A stretch of DNA of 64,000 nucleotides, from the NCBI GenBank assembly GCA_051294375.1, contig CM119269.1:5405609-5469608 (forward strand), in the 5' to 3' direction. The stretch is from Paraspadella gotoi. Its lineage: Eukaryota > Animalia > Chaetognatha. Below are positions 24,501-36,636 of the stretch, in pieces. Position 1 is the first letter of the stretch. Each line of letters opens with the position of its first letter. Below the pieces are notes generated by a model. It worked only from the letters and a program-made list of their open reading frames with translations. It was not told where the DNA came from and made no database searches. The position numbers were made by a program, and so were the translations under genes.

Positions 24501-27500
24501 GACAGTAAGATCTTTGTCTCAGCTATCATTTGGTGTATAATTATAGTTTAACTGACAAATCAAGCAGTATAAAATTTTGTCAAAGATTGTTCAGCAGCTA
24601 TGAATCGTTAAATCTTTAAAAAAATTTGAAATAATATTTATTTATAATTTTTGTGTGCGTGCTTACAATTTGAATGTTTATACATCTATCATTATCTAGA
24701 AAACATAAGCTTAAATTTGAGACCTCTCCCAAGTTTTTACAATTTTTCGTTATTGAATTATACATAAAAATTAGATAATTTAAAAAAAAAAATATTAATA
24801 AATTAATACTTTAAAACGAATTATTTTTTAAAAATAAAGATACAAAAATATAGTTCTACTTATAAAGCCTTAAAACAAATTTAAAAAAAAAAAAAAAAAA
24901 TTATAATAAAAAATAAATAAAACAGATTATTAATTTTTTTTTTATAAAAAATATATTATATATAATTAAAACTTAAACTCAAATAAAGTAATAAGTATAT
25001 ATTAGTTGAGTGCTTTAATTCAATCTCATATTCAACTTTTAATAGTAATATTATTTGATAAAGAAAAACATCGATTTGGGAAACAGTGCTAATTTTATTT
25101 AGACCATGCATTCAAACCATTTAGCTGGTTTATTATTCAAGGCCAGAGAAATTGTGGTGAGGTAAAAAATTATTTACAAATAAGAGAAGGTGAGAGGAAG
25201 AGGAGGAGACTCAGAGAGAGAGAAAGAGAGAGAGAGAGAAACTTTCAACCAAAAAGGGATTAATCCCTCATCCCCCTCCCCCCCTTGTTCTTCGTCCGGG
25301 ATGTAGGTGGTCCAGGATTGGCTTCCATGCATCTGTTTTCACGTATGCTCCTTTGTCTTCGTTGAGCCCTTTGCCTGGTCCACAATCAAAATGACGAATC
25401 CAAAGAGCTTCTTCCACTCTTAGATGGTGCTTGAGCATTCTTTGGTTTTTGATTCGTGGCTGAGAGATGATTTCAGGTTCCCAGATCAAACTACTCGGTG
25501 CATGAGATGACACTTAACAATCTAGTAATATTATTTGTTATTATTTATAAAAAAAATATTTTTTTTAAAAATTTATCATTAAAAAATGTTAAAATCATTT
25601 TCTGATCTTTAATTTTATAATATTTACCCACTTTATCCTCATTCCCAATCCTTTAAAGTAGTAGTTTGACTAAAGCTACAGGGTTTGGCAGATTTTTTAA
25701 AATCATTTTAGATCCTAACAATTTGAGATTGGACGAATGCGGAATAAAACTGGTAACATTTTTAGAACCTGTTTAATCTCAGCTTTCAGTCAAAAAATTT
25801 AAATGGAAAACGCGATAGTGAGCACTTTTTAAAAAACTACCTTCCAAATAGGTAATTTAAATAGACATCCAGAATAATAACCTGCTTTCATAAAGTATAG
25901 AATAATCCTTACTTTTTATATCTTGTATCAGATCCTTTTTGTATTTAACAGCTAAATCATTGGTAGTTTTTATCCCACATTCATAACTGTCATTTACTAC
26001 TTCTAAATTTGAAACAGTTTTTTAAAATATTTTGTACCCTTCAAAATCTTCCCATTGAAAAATAGGTTCAAGCAACCAATCCATACAAATATTTTTTTTT
26101 AATACATTTGAAAGGGAAAAAAAAATCAGAATGCAGGTTGCAGAAATATATATATATCTTATAAAAGGGGGCAGTAAAGAAATCTGTGAAAAAAAATTGT
26201 TATTTTTTATTATCTTTAACTGCAAACAAAAAGCTTGACACACTGCTTGTTTATCATAATAAAGTTTTAAAAAATTATATAGCTGGCAACATATTTGACA
26301 AAGCAAGACATCATTGTGTTAAATTGTATTGATAATTTTTTTTAAATATAGCTAAAAATTTAATTCTATTATTTATCATCCATTTTAATTAAGAAAAAAT
26401 ATTTCTTGTAATAGCCCATTAGAAAGGGTTTATTGACTGACTTAATGATCAAATTTTTTAGATTTCTTTACTGCCCCCTTTTTTATGATATAAAAGGTCA
26501 TGGTTATCATATCAGTAAGTCTAGATTATCTGTACCCTTTCTGCAACCTGCATTCCGAATTTTCTTTTTTTCCCTTTCAAATGTATTAAAAAAAAAAATA
26601 TTTGCATGGATTGGTTGCTTGAACCTGTTTTTCAATTTTGAAGGGTACAAAATATTTTAAAAAATTGTTTCAAATTTTAAAGTAGTAAATGACAGTTGTG
26701 AACATGGGATAAAAACTACCAATGATTTAGCTGTTAAATACAAAAAGGATCTGATACGTGATATAAAAAATATTATTATTCTATATTATTATTTTATACT
26801 TTTTGAAAGCAGGTTATTATTCTGGATGTCTATTTAAATTACCTATTTGGAAGGTAGTTTTTTAAAAAGTGCTCACTATCGCGTTTTCCATTTAAATTAT
26901 TTGACTGAAAGCTGAGATTAAACAGGTTCTAATGTCCGCATTCGTCCAATCTCAAATTGTTAGGATCTAAAATGATTTTAAAAAATCTGCCAAACCCTGT
27001 AGCTTTAGTCAAACTACTACTTTAAAGGATTGGGAATGAGGATAAAGTGGGTAAATATTATAAAATTAAAGATCAGAAAATAATTTTAACATTTTTTAAT
27101 GATAAATTTTTTAAAAAATATTTTTTATAAATAATAACAAATAATTTACTATTAAAAGTTGAATATGAGATTGAATTAAAGCACTCAACTAATATATACC
27201 TGTTACTTTATTTGAGTTTAAGTTTTAATTATATATCATATATTTATTATAACAAAAATTAATAATCTATTTTATTTATTTTTTATTATAATTTTTTATT
27301 TTTTTTATTTTTTAGAAATTTGTTTTAAGGCTTTATAAGTAGAACTACATTTTGTATCTTTATTTTAAAAAATAATTCGTTTTAAAGTACTAATTTATTA
27401 ATATTTTTTTTAAAATTATCTAATTTTATGTATAATTCAATAACAAAAAATTGTAAAAACTTGGAGAGGTCTCAAATTAAAGCTTATGTTTTCTAGATAA

Positions 27501-30500
27501 TGATAGAGGTATAAACACGCACACAAAAATTATAAATAAATATTATTTCAAATTTTTTAAAAGATTTAACGATTCATAGCTGCTGAACAAAATTAAGAAA
27601 CTAATACCTATTTACGCCAATAGAAAGCCCAAAGTTTACTCTGTAGTATTTAGTCTGTTTTATAAATTATTTTACATCATTTTCAAAGTTATAAAGGGAA
27701 AAAACAAAAAATATCACTTAAAAATGCCGAGAATTCGGTTTTTTAAACATCAATAATTGGAAAAGTATTTTTTGGATTTTTAAAAATAAAGCATGTAAAA
27801 TGAAGTATTTTTTCTGCTCTTTAAGTTGACGCAGGTTAAATTTGATTCCGACTGATATTTTTTAAGATATCTATCATTTTTAATAAAAAAAACTTTTTTT
27901 ACAAATTTTGAAGAGTTGCAAGCACTTATTGATCGATTTTTCAAAAAAACAAAGATGGGAAAATATTAGTAGCATATAGGGGACTAATTTGTACTATTGT
28001 GATAAATTCTGTAAAAAAGTTTGAAAAATTTGCTAAGGCCTAATGGGTAGGTTTCGCCACGTTAACTGGCATCGTGTCTTATGCGCAAAAGCGTTACAAT
28101 TGCTTAGCGTTTGCAACGATAAAAAGGCGATCTATAATTTGGAACGCCGACGACAACGCCGCCACTTATGCGCAAAAGCGTTACAATATATATATATAAA
28201 TACTTGATAAATAATAAAAAATATATTTAAATTTTTTTTTTAAAAATCACTGAAAAAAATATTTTTACCAATTGCTTTATGTAATAACTATAGGAGTTTG
28301 CTTTGTTCAATTTAAAAAATTTGGGTATCCTATAAAATGGTCCATACTTGTGCGCATATTCATTATAATGAATGAAAGTTTTTCGATCTGGAAAAGGAGC
28401 AGAAAACTTTTCTTAACAGACACTGTTCCAGAGGTTTTAATATTTTTTTTAACAAAAGAACAGTCATATAATATTTTTTTATGTTTTCAGCCTATTGTAC
28501 TAGAGGACTCTAAAAAAAAAGGAAGCTTTTTGTAAGAAAGGAACATTCAAAATAAACTTTATCTGCACCCACTAGATCTTCATTTGCACCTGCTTTTCAA
28601 CAAAATAGCAATTGTTTTTTAAAATTTTTATTCTTTTAAAATTTGTTTTTCTTATTCTATTTTATTTTATTCTATTTCTTATTCTGTCTTTATCAAAGCA
28701 TTTTAATCATATATCGAAATAAAAATAATATCGTTTTGATTTATAAAATATTTTTGCAAGTACTAAAATGCAATTAGTGCCGTAATAACAGTTCAGTTTA
28801 AGCCCTTGAAAGTAATTTACATGTCTTGTCTCCGCCACTGGATACATTATTTTTAGATTCTTGTAATTTCACTTAGTTTCAACTTGTTTGATAAAACTGA
28901 AATTTTTATGCAGAATCCTATAGGAAATTACATCTCGAAAGAGTGAAGCGCGAAAATATGGACACGAGTTCACCCCGGAAACGAATGAGGCTTGAAAGCA
29001 CGACCGAAAGGTCAGTATCAAATGAATTAAAATCAATCTTAAATTAATTTGAGTGTTAACGTCAACTCAGAGAGCGTCGAAAGGACGTCGAAAGGACGAA
29101 GGAACTACCCAGTCCTGTTGAAGTAAACATCCCACCATTGTCTCCAAGCTTTATTTCGCCGTTTCTTCAGTAAGAATAAGAAATTGAGACACGAATAAGA
29201 GCTGTATACATTTACCAACCAAAAACAAAAAGCCAATCCTTTTACATTTCGCAGCATGGATCCGGTCGGTTTTGCTCATCGACAAGCGGAACAAATCAAA
29301 GGCTTACTAAAAATTATGCCCCCATCCTCGGTCCTCAATCATCTGCAACTCGATGGTCAAAACCCAACGCCGGCAACGCTGGCGAACCAACGTTTTACGT
29401 CTTCCACGAGAACCGAGCCGACGTCGTTTTCCCTCGGCGCGCCCAATCCGATTAACCACTCCTTCACGTCGCCTGTTTCGTCGGGGACACTGAGGGAGAC
29501 GCAATGGGGCGTGCCTCGTTTCCAGCCGGGCGTTGTTGTCAATCTTAACGAGAGTCGATTCGGCAACGCGGACGGAGACGTTGAACAGGGACACGGTCCG
29601 GTCTTTCCGCCCAGGATAATGGGTCGAGAGTTGTTCGAGCCTATACGGCCCACTGCTTCAATAACTCCTATTACCCACGGCTCCAATAAAATAGAGAAAA
29701 CTAATGAACCTCCCTTGAATCAAAGTAAGATTAGTTTGTTCAATTTTGATTAATCGTCATCAAACTTTACAGATAAACAATTTGTCAATATTCCGCTTTT
29801 TGTTTAAAAATTTAGCCGTTTATGAGTATTTATTTTCCTTAGTTTATCATTCTCCAAACACCGATTCCGAATTGAGCCCCGCTAAACCCGATTTGCGCCC
29901 CATAACGTCCGCGGCCGAGGCCCTCTCAATTTCGCCCTCTCGTTACCCTGCCACGCCGGATTGTTCCCCAGCGACCAAGAGCCGAAAACGCAAGGCGCAG
30001 CCGGTGCCAACGGAACAAAAGGACGCGCTTTATTGGGAAAGAAGACAACGCAACAATTTAGCAGCCAAAAAGTCAAGAGATTCCAGACGAATGAAAGAAG
30101 ACGACACCAGACAGAGGGTAATTTCCAAGTCAACTCTTTTTCTTCGGCTTTCAAATGATATCCTCATTTTAATCTCCATTTGTTCACAGAACGAATATCT
30201 TAGTGCGACCAACGAAATCCTGCGACGAACGATCAGCGAACTCGAAAACGAAGTTTTATACCTACAATCAAAACTTCCACCACACTTAGTCGACCAAAGT
30301 TAAAGAAGAAACAAACCTAAGCTTTTGCAATCATTTTGTTTCAGTATTTGTAGAAGTATTATCTGAGCTTGTTTTAATAATATATTGCTGGCAATGAAAC
30401 AGATTTTAGCCGATCGATAAGCTTACCCTATCCATAATTGCCGAAATGACGTCCGTCTTCACGTTATCCGTATCGACGACCGGCTCGGGAATGTATCTCC

Positions 30501-33500
30501 TCTTCTTTGGAATGTCTTGACAAGGGGCGGAACCGCGAGAAGAGTCTTTCGGTTCTTTCGACTCTCTTCCTTCTTTAAACGATTTTCCGTCCTTAGTTTT
30601 CGTATCGTCTGAGAGAAAAAATGAATAATATTGTTGAATATTGATCGCATTAAATAAAAAGTTAACCAAAAAAATATAATTCTTAATTTTTTAATCGAAA
30701 AAAATCGGGACAAGGCATACCTTCTTTGTTCGCCTTCGCATCGCTTTTCTGATGGGTACTGTTGCTGTCTTGTTTAGAGACGGACCTACATTAATGATAC
30801 GAAAATCATAATAAATTCAGGATAAAATGTTTCGTTTACTTTCAAAAAGTAACATACAACCTCGCAATTTCGGAAGCCAGTGTCATGTTAGATTTAGACG
30901 CTTCGGCAACTTTTCTTGGTGGTGAATTGCTTCTCGATCTGTAATAAAACGTCTATATAAAGTATTATACTTGACCTGTCTCATCCGAGATTGAACTCAA
31001 GACTCATTCCACTCTTCCACTCCATATTTTCCATCTTTATTTTAAAATTTAATTTCTTTTCATTGCGTCTCTTCAAGTTTACTTTCATGATGTTTTTGAC
31101 TCGCTTATATTGATAGTTGTTACTTTGTCTCATGATCTTTTTACTTGTCATTTGTCGGTTTATATTTTTATCCCGATACCCCCTTCTCTCCCTCTCTCCA
31201 GGCCTGTTGCCCAACAAAGAGAAGTATTATAAATACTTTAATCCAAATTTTATAAGTGATCTTCTACCATCCTTTTCCAAAGCCTATAATTTTAACCAGT
31301 TTTAACGAAAACTATGGGTTCTAATTGAGTTTTGAGTACAGAAGGCTTCATATTATAAAATGTAGTACCCCTTTTTTGTGACCAGAGTCTGTTCCCACCA
31401 AACTACCTGATCGAATTTAATGAAATTTTACATTTAGAGTGCTAATGACTATATAAATGGAACTATCGAGGCGAATTTTGATATTCAACCCCTGACAAGA
31501 GATACAGAGCCTTGGGGCTGGACCCCTGGGGGGCCAAAAAAGGCTAAACATTTTTTTTTTCATTTTTTATAATTTTTTAGTAGAATCAGGTTCATCGATG
31601 TTTTAAACATATAAAAATATTTTTTTAAACTAAAATTAATAAATTTTTTGCTAATTAATCGGTGTTTGAAGACGCATGGTTCATCGTTTTTCTCCAAATT
31701 TTTCAGAATTATTCCAAATCTGACTTGAACAGCTGATGTTATGTTATGGCAAACTAATATTTTTGTGGAAATAAATACATTTTTGTGGAAGAGTAAACGT
31801 CTGGGTAACTGTTCAAACCAAAAAAAAAATTAAAAAAAAAAAATTTTGACCATTTTTTGCCCCCATGAGTGACCCCTTCCGGGCCCCATATCTCGGCTCT
31901 GGGGTCAAATATTGAAATTCGCCTCAATATTTCCATTTGTATACACATAAGGATCGTTCATACCAAATTTCATTAAAATCTATTCAATAGATTTCTCGGA
32001 ACGTGTTCTGGTCACAAAAAAGGGGTACCACATTTTATAATATGAAGTCTTCTGTACTAATTGCTCCCCTCCCTTCCAAGTAAAAACGTAAAGGGCATTC
32101 ATTCGGTCATGAATAAAAAATTTAGGCTGCTTTTTCGTGAACTCCAAAGAAACTAGCTTGTTTATTTTTTTATAATCATATTCTTTAGTTTCCTTTAAAA
32201 AATGAAATTTAATTCAATTTAGTTTACTTCAGATAAATTGTTACGTATATTTGAAGTTTTTCCAATGTTCCTCGGACATTTATTAAACTATTCAATAAAT
32301 ACAGGAACTTCAATCTGTACAGATACGAAAAGACTTAATTTATCTCGTGATTCTTTCACTGTATATTACTTTTATAACATTAATTAGAAAACTACTTAAC
32401 GTTTATATTGTCCTAAGAAAATGTTCCAATTTCCTAATAACATAATTACAGTGGCTTTCAACTTTTGTCCCAATTTTACAATTTTTAATGCTGATTGTGA
32501 AGTAATCTGGTATAAAAATAAAAAATATTGCTCTTTGTTTGGAATACATTAGAAGTTTGTTCGTTTGTTTGTTTGTGAATAGACTAATAGGCTAAACTCC
32601 CTTTTCCGTCTGTCAGTAAACCTTACATTTTAGAAAGTAAGATTAAAAAAAAAATTATTAATTTTTTTTTATTTAAAAAGATACACAGTCCTGATTATTT
32701 CTTTTGAGGATCTTCAAATTAGGAATAGGAAAGGTAAAGTACATGATGTAAAATCGCTAAAGGCATTTTTAAAAATGCGAAATGAAAATTAGTTTGAAAA
32801 AATAAAATTGTGTATTTTGTTTACAAACAACGATTTTATTAAGAAACAAATAACGGACATGTTTCAACTTATTTGTAAGCGAATTAAATGATTTTCACAG
32901 AGTTTGTTTTGATGTGAAAAAGAGGGAGGGAGAGAGAGTGAGAGAAAGGTTTCCAACAAAGAATTTGAAAAAAGACAGTGCTAATTTGAGGACATATTAA
33001 GATTGAGGACAATAGAGTGAGGGAAAGTGAAAGAGAAAGAAAAAAAAAACCTCATCGAGCTAAAAGGGGAAACTAAATGAAAATTAAATTACTACAAATA
33101 AATAATTATAATAAAAAAAGATGTATTTTTTACAAAATCGTCTTATAAAATGTTTAAAACCAAGCTACCATGTACTGGGCAAACGAGCCTTTCCCATAGT
33201 TTCAGAAACCTTTTACAGCAGCCTAATCCGGAGTAAGTATTCAAACTGATAAAGGGTTAATTTGACTTTCGCCGACCGGGGTTAGTGGGGTTAAGCCTTA
33301 AGGTGGTTTAGGGGTGGTTTAAGGTTAGTGGTGGTTAGGGTTAAGAGGGTTTAGGGTTAGGATAATTAGGTAATAATTTTTCTAATTTTTTTTTTTAAAA
33401 ATAACTATTTTTAAATAATTTTTAAAAAGACGCCAAAACCCCTGTCGGCACAAATAAAATTCTATAATATCGGTAAATACAATTTTGTCAAAATCTAAGG

Positions 33501-35231
33501 CCTAAAACTTATTTTACAATCGTAATATTTTAGTTGAGAGTAGACCCTAACAAACGTCTTTCTAAATAAACATATATTATATAGGATATTGCAGAAATAG
33601 ACCTGGAACGGTCTCCGCCGCGGTATTCCTTCGCTGATGATCTCCATTTTTTAGAGTCGTCCTTTATCTTTCGATCCCTCGGCGAGCAATGGCTTGGTCC
33701 CGGACTAGAAGTCAAAAATGTTTGTTACGTAAAATATCATTATTTTAAAACCTCAACGGTAGAACTATAAACTTATAAATTATTGTTTTGAACGATTCAA
33801 CAGCAACCTTCGCGATTTGATCGTCGATCGCGCCTTTTCTTTGTCCGCTCGATAGGCGAGCGGAACGCTTTCCGGCGACACAGAGTTTCGACGCGCTTTT
33901 CCTTTCTTTGAAGTTCCGGTTTCGTTTTCTCGTCTGATAGAACTAAGAATTGGCGAAAAACCAAAAAAAGTACAATAGTTCATACTTCATAGTAAAGATT
34001 ACATAAAAATAATGTAAGATTATAAAGAAAAGGTTTTGTGCGGAAAATATCTCATTTACAAGCGATTAAGAACGTCTCTTCGTTTCTGCATCGTGGAACT
34101 GATGGTCTCGATAGCCAAGACAAAACCCAAGAAGACCAATGCAACCTAACCTGAAATCACTACGCGACGAGGATTCTCCATCGTTGGGCCCTGGGCTCGA
34201 TTTTCTATCCTTCGCTTCCAAGGACGTTGACGTGGAGGCTCGTTTTCGGTGATCCTCCCTCCGTCGATCGCTACTCGACTTTTCCCTCTCCCGCCCCCGT
34301 CCCTCTTGACTCCGTCGCGCCTCTTTCCCTCGATCCTTGAGTCGCTCTTTATGGGACTCGGCCGTGGAAGTGGAAGGCGCCTCGAGATCTCGGCCCCCAC
34401 TGCCGGCAGCAGCGCCTCCTCCTCCTCCTCCGTGGGGCACGAACAATGACGACCCGATGATTCGACCTGCGATAACATTATTTTTACGTTAACAAAGTTC
34501 ACAAACATCTAAAAAAAGTTGAAACATCCCACGTACTCCTTTCAAAACTATCTTTACCAGCGAATTGGTCAGGGGACAAGGGACTGCTGTAAGGAGAAAA
34601 CGCACTTCCCGTCAATGTCGACGCATCGCTGTCACGGGAAGGAGGCCTGTGATATAAAAGCAGGAATAAAAATACATGTCCTACGTAAATATATTTTATA
34701 TACCGTACATGAGGACAAAACGGTCTAATTAAGAGAGTTCAACTGACCGATAAGGTTCAGCTTTCATTCCGGTTGATGTCCATAACGAAGAATCGGAACC
34801 GCCAAAACTCTGCTTGCAAAAAAAGTGAATTTGGGTGAATGACAAGTTTCACGCTTTGTTCAGAATATGACGGCTTTTTACCTTCTCTCTATGCCTCCGT
34901 CTTTCTTTCTTCTCTTTTTTTGGCCCTTTGTCATCTCGCTTTTTCTTTTTCTTTTTCGATCCACGATTTTCACCTGAATTATGGGGAAATTTCGCTTTAA
35001 AGTTTGATTATTATTTTTGTTTTCGGGGACGTCACGGGAAGACGTTCTTGGGATCGGTCTCCCGGGAGCCAGGTGGTCGTTCGCAAATTTGTCTCGAAGA
35101 CTTTAGTTGTTCACGTCCACATATGAATTGTATTGATTGAAAGTTGTCAAGCTGATTTACTGTTTACTCGACAACTTTTTACTTTTTATAAATAAAAATA
35201 GATACTTACTTCGGCAGTCACTGTGGTCCAT
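1682..35231 (-). CDS. CDK12: Cyclin-dependent kinase 12/13 (Pol II CTD kinase), multi-exon host gene; 5' start uncertain
   Basis: Phase-consistent GT-AG exons (minus strand): 14074-14159, 13900-13991 ([22 protein letters not shown]), 13640-13704 ([19 protein letters not shown]), 13436-13534 ([12 protein letters not shown]), 12972-13168 ([25 protein letters not shown]), 12709-12784 ([15 protein letters not shown]), 12563-12645 ([24 protein letters not shown]), 2295-2401 ([22 protein letters not shown]), 2111-2198 (VWPDV..LP), 1846-1977 ([11 protein letters not shown]), 1682-1760 ([13 protein letters not shown], the CDK12/13 C-terminal extension). Pro-rich exons lie at 14561-15730 and RS/K-rich exons at ~30427-34972. 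The ATG at 35231 is tentative. Confidence 0.93.
2922..7602 (-). CDS. SULF1: Extracellular heparan-sulfate 6-O-endosulfatase (Sulf1/Sulf2 family); exons 7101-7602, 6762-6878, 2922-5656
   Basis: Signal peptide ([12 protein letters not shown]), [19 protein letters not shown], formylglycine motif [43 protein letters not shown], a basic hydrophilic domain with a furin-like site (RFKRR), and C-terminal [19 protein letters not shown]. Splice phases checked. Confidence 0.95.
6650..6682. repeat. (CT)n microsatellite in SULF1 intron
   Basis: CT dinucleotide run. Confidence 0.9.
8283..8346. repeat. (AG)n microsatellite
   Basis: About 30 AG units upstream of SULF1. Confidence 0.95.
9448..9527. repeat. 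(AG)n microsatellite
   Basis: About 40 perfect AG units. Confidence 0.95.
10445..12214 (-). CDS. Ceramide synthase-like TLC/Lag1 domain membrane protein (CerS1-like, no homeodomain)
   Basis: Exons ~12057-12214, ~11484-11939 ([21 protein letters not shown]), ~11026-11157 ([24 protein letters not shown]), ~10774-10954, 10445-~10609 (VMNWFWL). These resemble the CerS1 motifs KMPESAWK, HH and DVQLE. An alternative upstream ATG lies at 12295. Confidence 0.8.
19218..30303 (+). CDS. PAR/giant-type bZIP transcription factor, nested antisense in a CDK12 intron; exons 19218-19371, 28914-29010, 29071-29169, 29255-29723, 29843-30117, 30190-30303
   Basis: Basic region [40 protein letters not shown] followed by a leucine zipper. 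N-terminal PLDFS is a CtBP-like motif. The reading frame stays open across all six exons with GT-AG junctions. Confidence 0.85.
23398..23816. mobile_element. Hairpin MITE-like inverted repeat
   Basis: GATTCCTCGTTAAAAGTTGATATAAGAAAGTA (23512-23543) pairs perfectly with 23689-23720; imperfect pairing extends out to TAGTAGGCACCAG / CTGGGCTACTA. Confidence 0.7.
24587..27590. mobile_element. ~3-kb foldback / long inverted-repeat element (arms ~24587-26195 and ~26450-27590)
   Basis: Termini TTGTTCAGCAGCTATGAATCG / CGATTCATAGCTGCTGAACAA. Long near-identical reverse-complement blocks, e.g. 25630-25750 vs 26935-27055. No transposase ORF. Confidence 0.85.
25058..25522 (-). mobile_element. 5'-truncated retroelement fragment, GIY-YIG endonuclease C-terminus (Penelope-like), with 15-bp TSD
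   Basis: [28 protein letters not shown] resembles the GIY-YIG E-A-L-x-I..LN end. It is flanked by TAGTAATATTATTTG at 25043-25057 and 25523-25537, and is absent from the opposite palindrome arm. Confidence 0.7.
31339..32054. mobile_element. MITE with ~200-bp terminal inverted repeats and TA target duplication (Tc1/mariner-like)
   Basis: TA|CAGAAGGCTTCATATTATAAAATGTAGTACCCC ... GGGGTACCACATTTTATAATATGAAGTCTTCTG|TA; no coding capacity. Confidence 0.8.
33259..33460. mobile_element. Small TIR element with internal degenerate TTAGGG repeats (second copy ~60680-60800)
   Basis: GCCGACCGGGGTT / AACCCCTGTCGGC inverted ends enclose GTTAGGG-like repeats. The reverse complement of 60770-60799 matches the left terminus. 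Confidence 0.55.
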
Positions 35232-36636
35232 GATAAAGATTTCAATAGAGCGCGTTTGTCGAGCAAAGAATCATTTTTAACTCCATAAAATGAGCTGAAA
35301 ACAATCTTGATAACCTTTAAAACCAGAAAACAAGAACCGTACTTTCAATATGTTTGGTCTTTTACGTGTATTTCCAGGTAATTTACACAACTACTATAAG
35401 TATAACACGTACTGCATCGGAATTCGATCTTTTATTTTTATTTCTTTACAAACAAAAGGTAGTGCTAGCGAGTACTCGCGGTGCAACTTAAAATTTAAAA
35501 AGGCGGTAATTCATATAAAATACGAAGGAAACACCAACTTTGCCACTTATATGTAATCCATTATCATCAAAAAGTTTATCATACTTTTATTATAAAATAT
35601 ACTATAAAAATATATATATATGTATAAAAAATATATATATGAAATTGGTACAACCAATATAAAAATTATCTATTCATTTAATAAGTAAGCTATCTTGCCC
35701 CTGACTTTGGACAGGCTTTGGTGGTTTAAGGCCTCCATCACTCTTACAAGATAATGACATAGCAGGTCCCTGCAAGGTTTCAATCAAGACTCTCTCACAG
35801 TCTCGTTTATTCACTGGCTTCCCTATCAATGAAGTGGTATAATATTTCAAAGAATGTTTCAATTGTATATAATTGTATATAATTTATATATGTACCCGTT
35901 CATTGAAAGTTTTCTCAGAATGTACTATGAAGAAGTATAAGAATCTTAAATCAGTTAACAAGAATTGCTGCTCCAAGAGACCTACTTAAGTTTTTACCGA
36001 TCAAGTAAGTCTTCAGGCCTTCAAGCCTTTAAGTTTAACTGATGCATACTTTGCAAGGTGTTTGCAAGGCTTCCTCTCGGTTACACAAATAAAAACAAAC
36101 GTAGCAAACGTCCAGAAGCGAAGATCTTCACTTTGAGATTTCCGGCGACAGTAAGTTCAACGTCGAAAAGTGTCCCGTGTCCCCATGGGCGGCGAGGTGA
36201 CCCCAATCAACAGCTGCTTTACTTTTATTTTTCTTGCGGGACTGAGTGGTGAAGGAATGGAGGGAGATTCCCCTTGTCGTTTTGCCAGGCCCGGATCGAG
36301 CATGAAGAGAAGAGAGAAGGGTCTCCCTCTGTTTTCTCCTTTTCGTTCTCTCTCTCTCCTCATCCTCTTCACTCGTTACAAAACAGTCAACAAATTTGCA
36401 TTCACAGAATAAAATCTCATTTAAATTTTTAAAATATGTCAACAATATTATTTCTTCTACTTTCATGAATTAAATTACTTCTTTGAGTCTTCCACTGACC
36501 AGCGTATTTTCAGCGCGAGCAGTTTAGCTAAAGACCCGAAGCTTTCGAGATGAAAATCATCTGTTATGTATAGTAGATAAGTAGCGAGGCGCAAAAGAAA
36601 CGTTCAGGCTTAAATTTCATTTTTAAATATGTTAGA

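Noticed and set aside
30981-31217. 78-aa basic ORF in a CDK12 intron
   Set aside because: AT-rich, no ATG start, no recognisable domain; possibly decayed transposon sequence.
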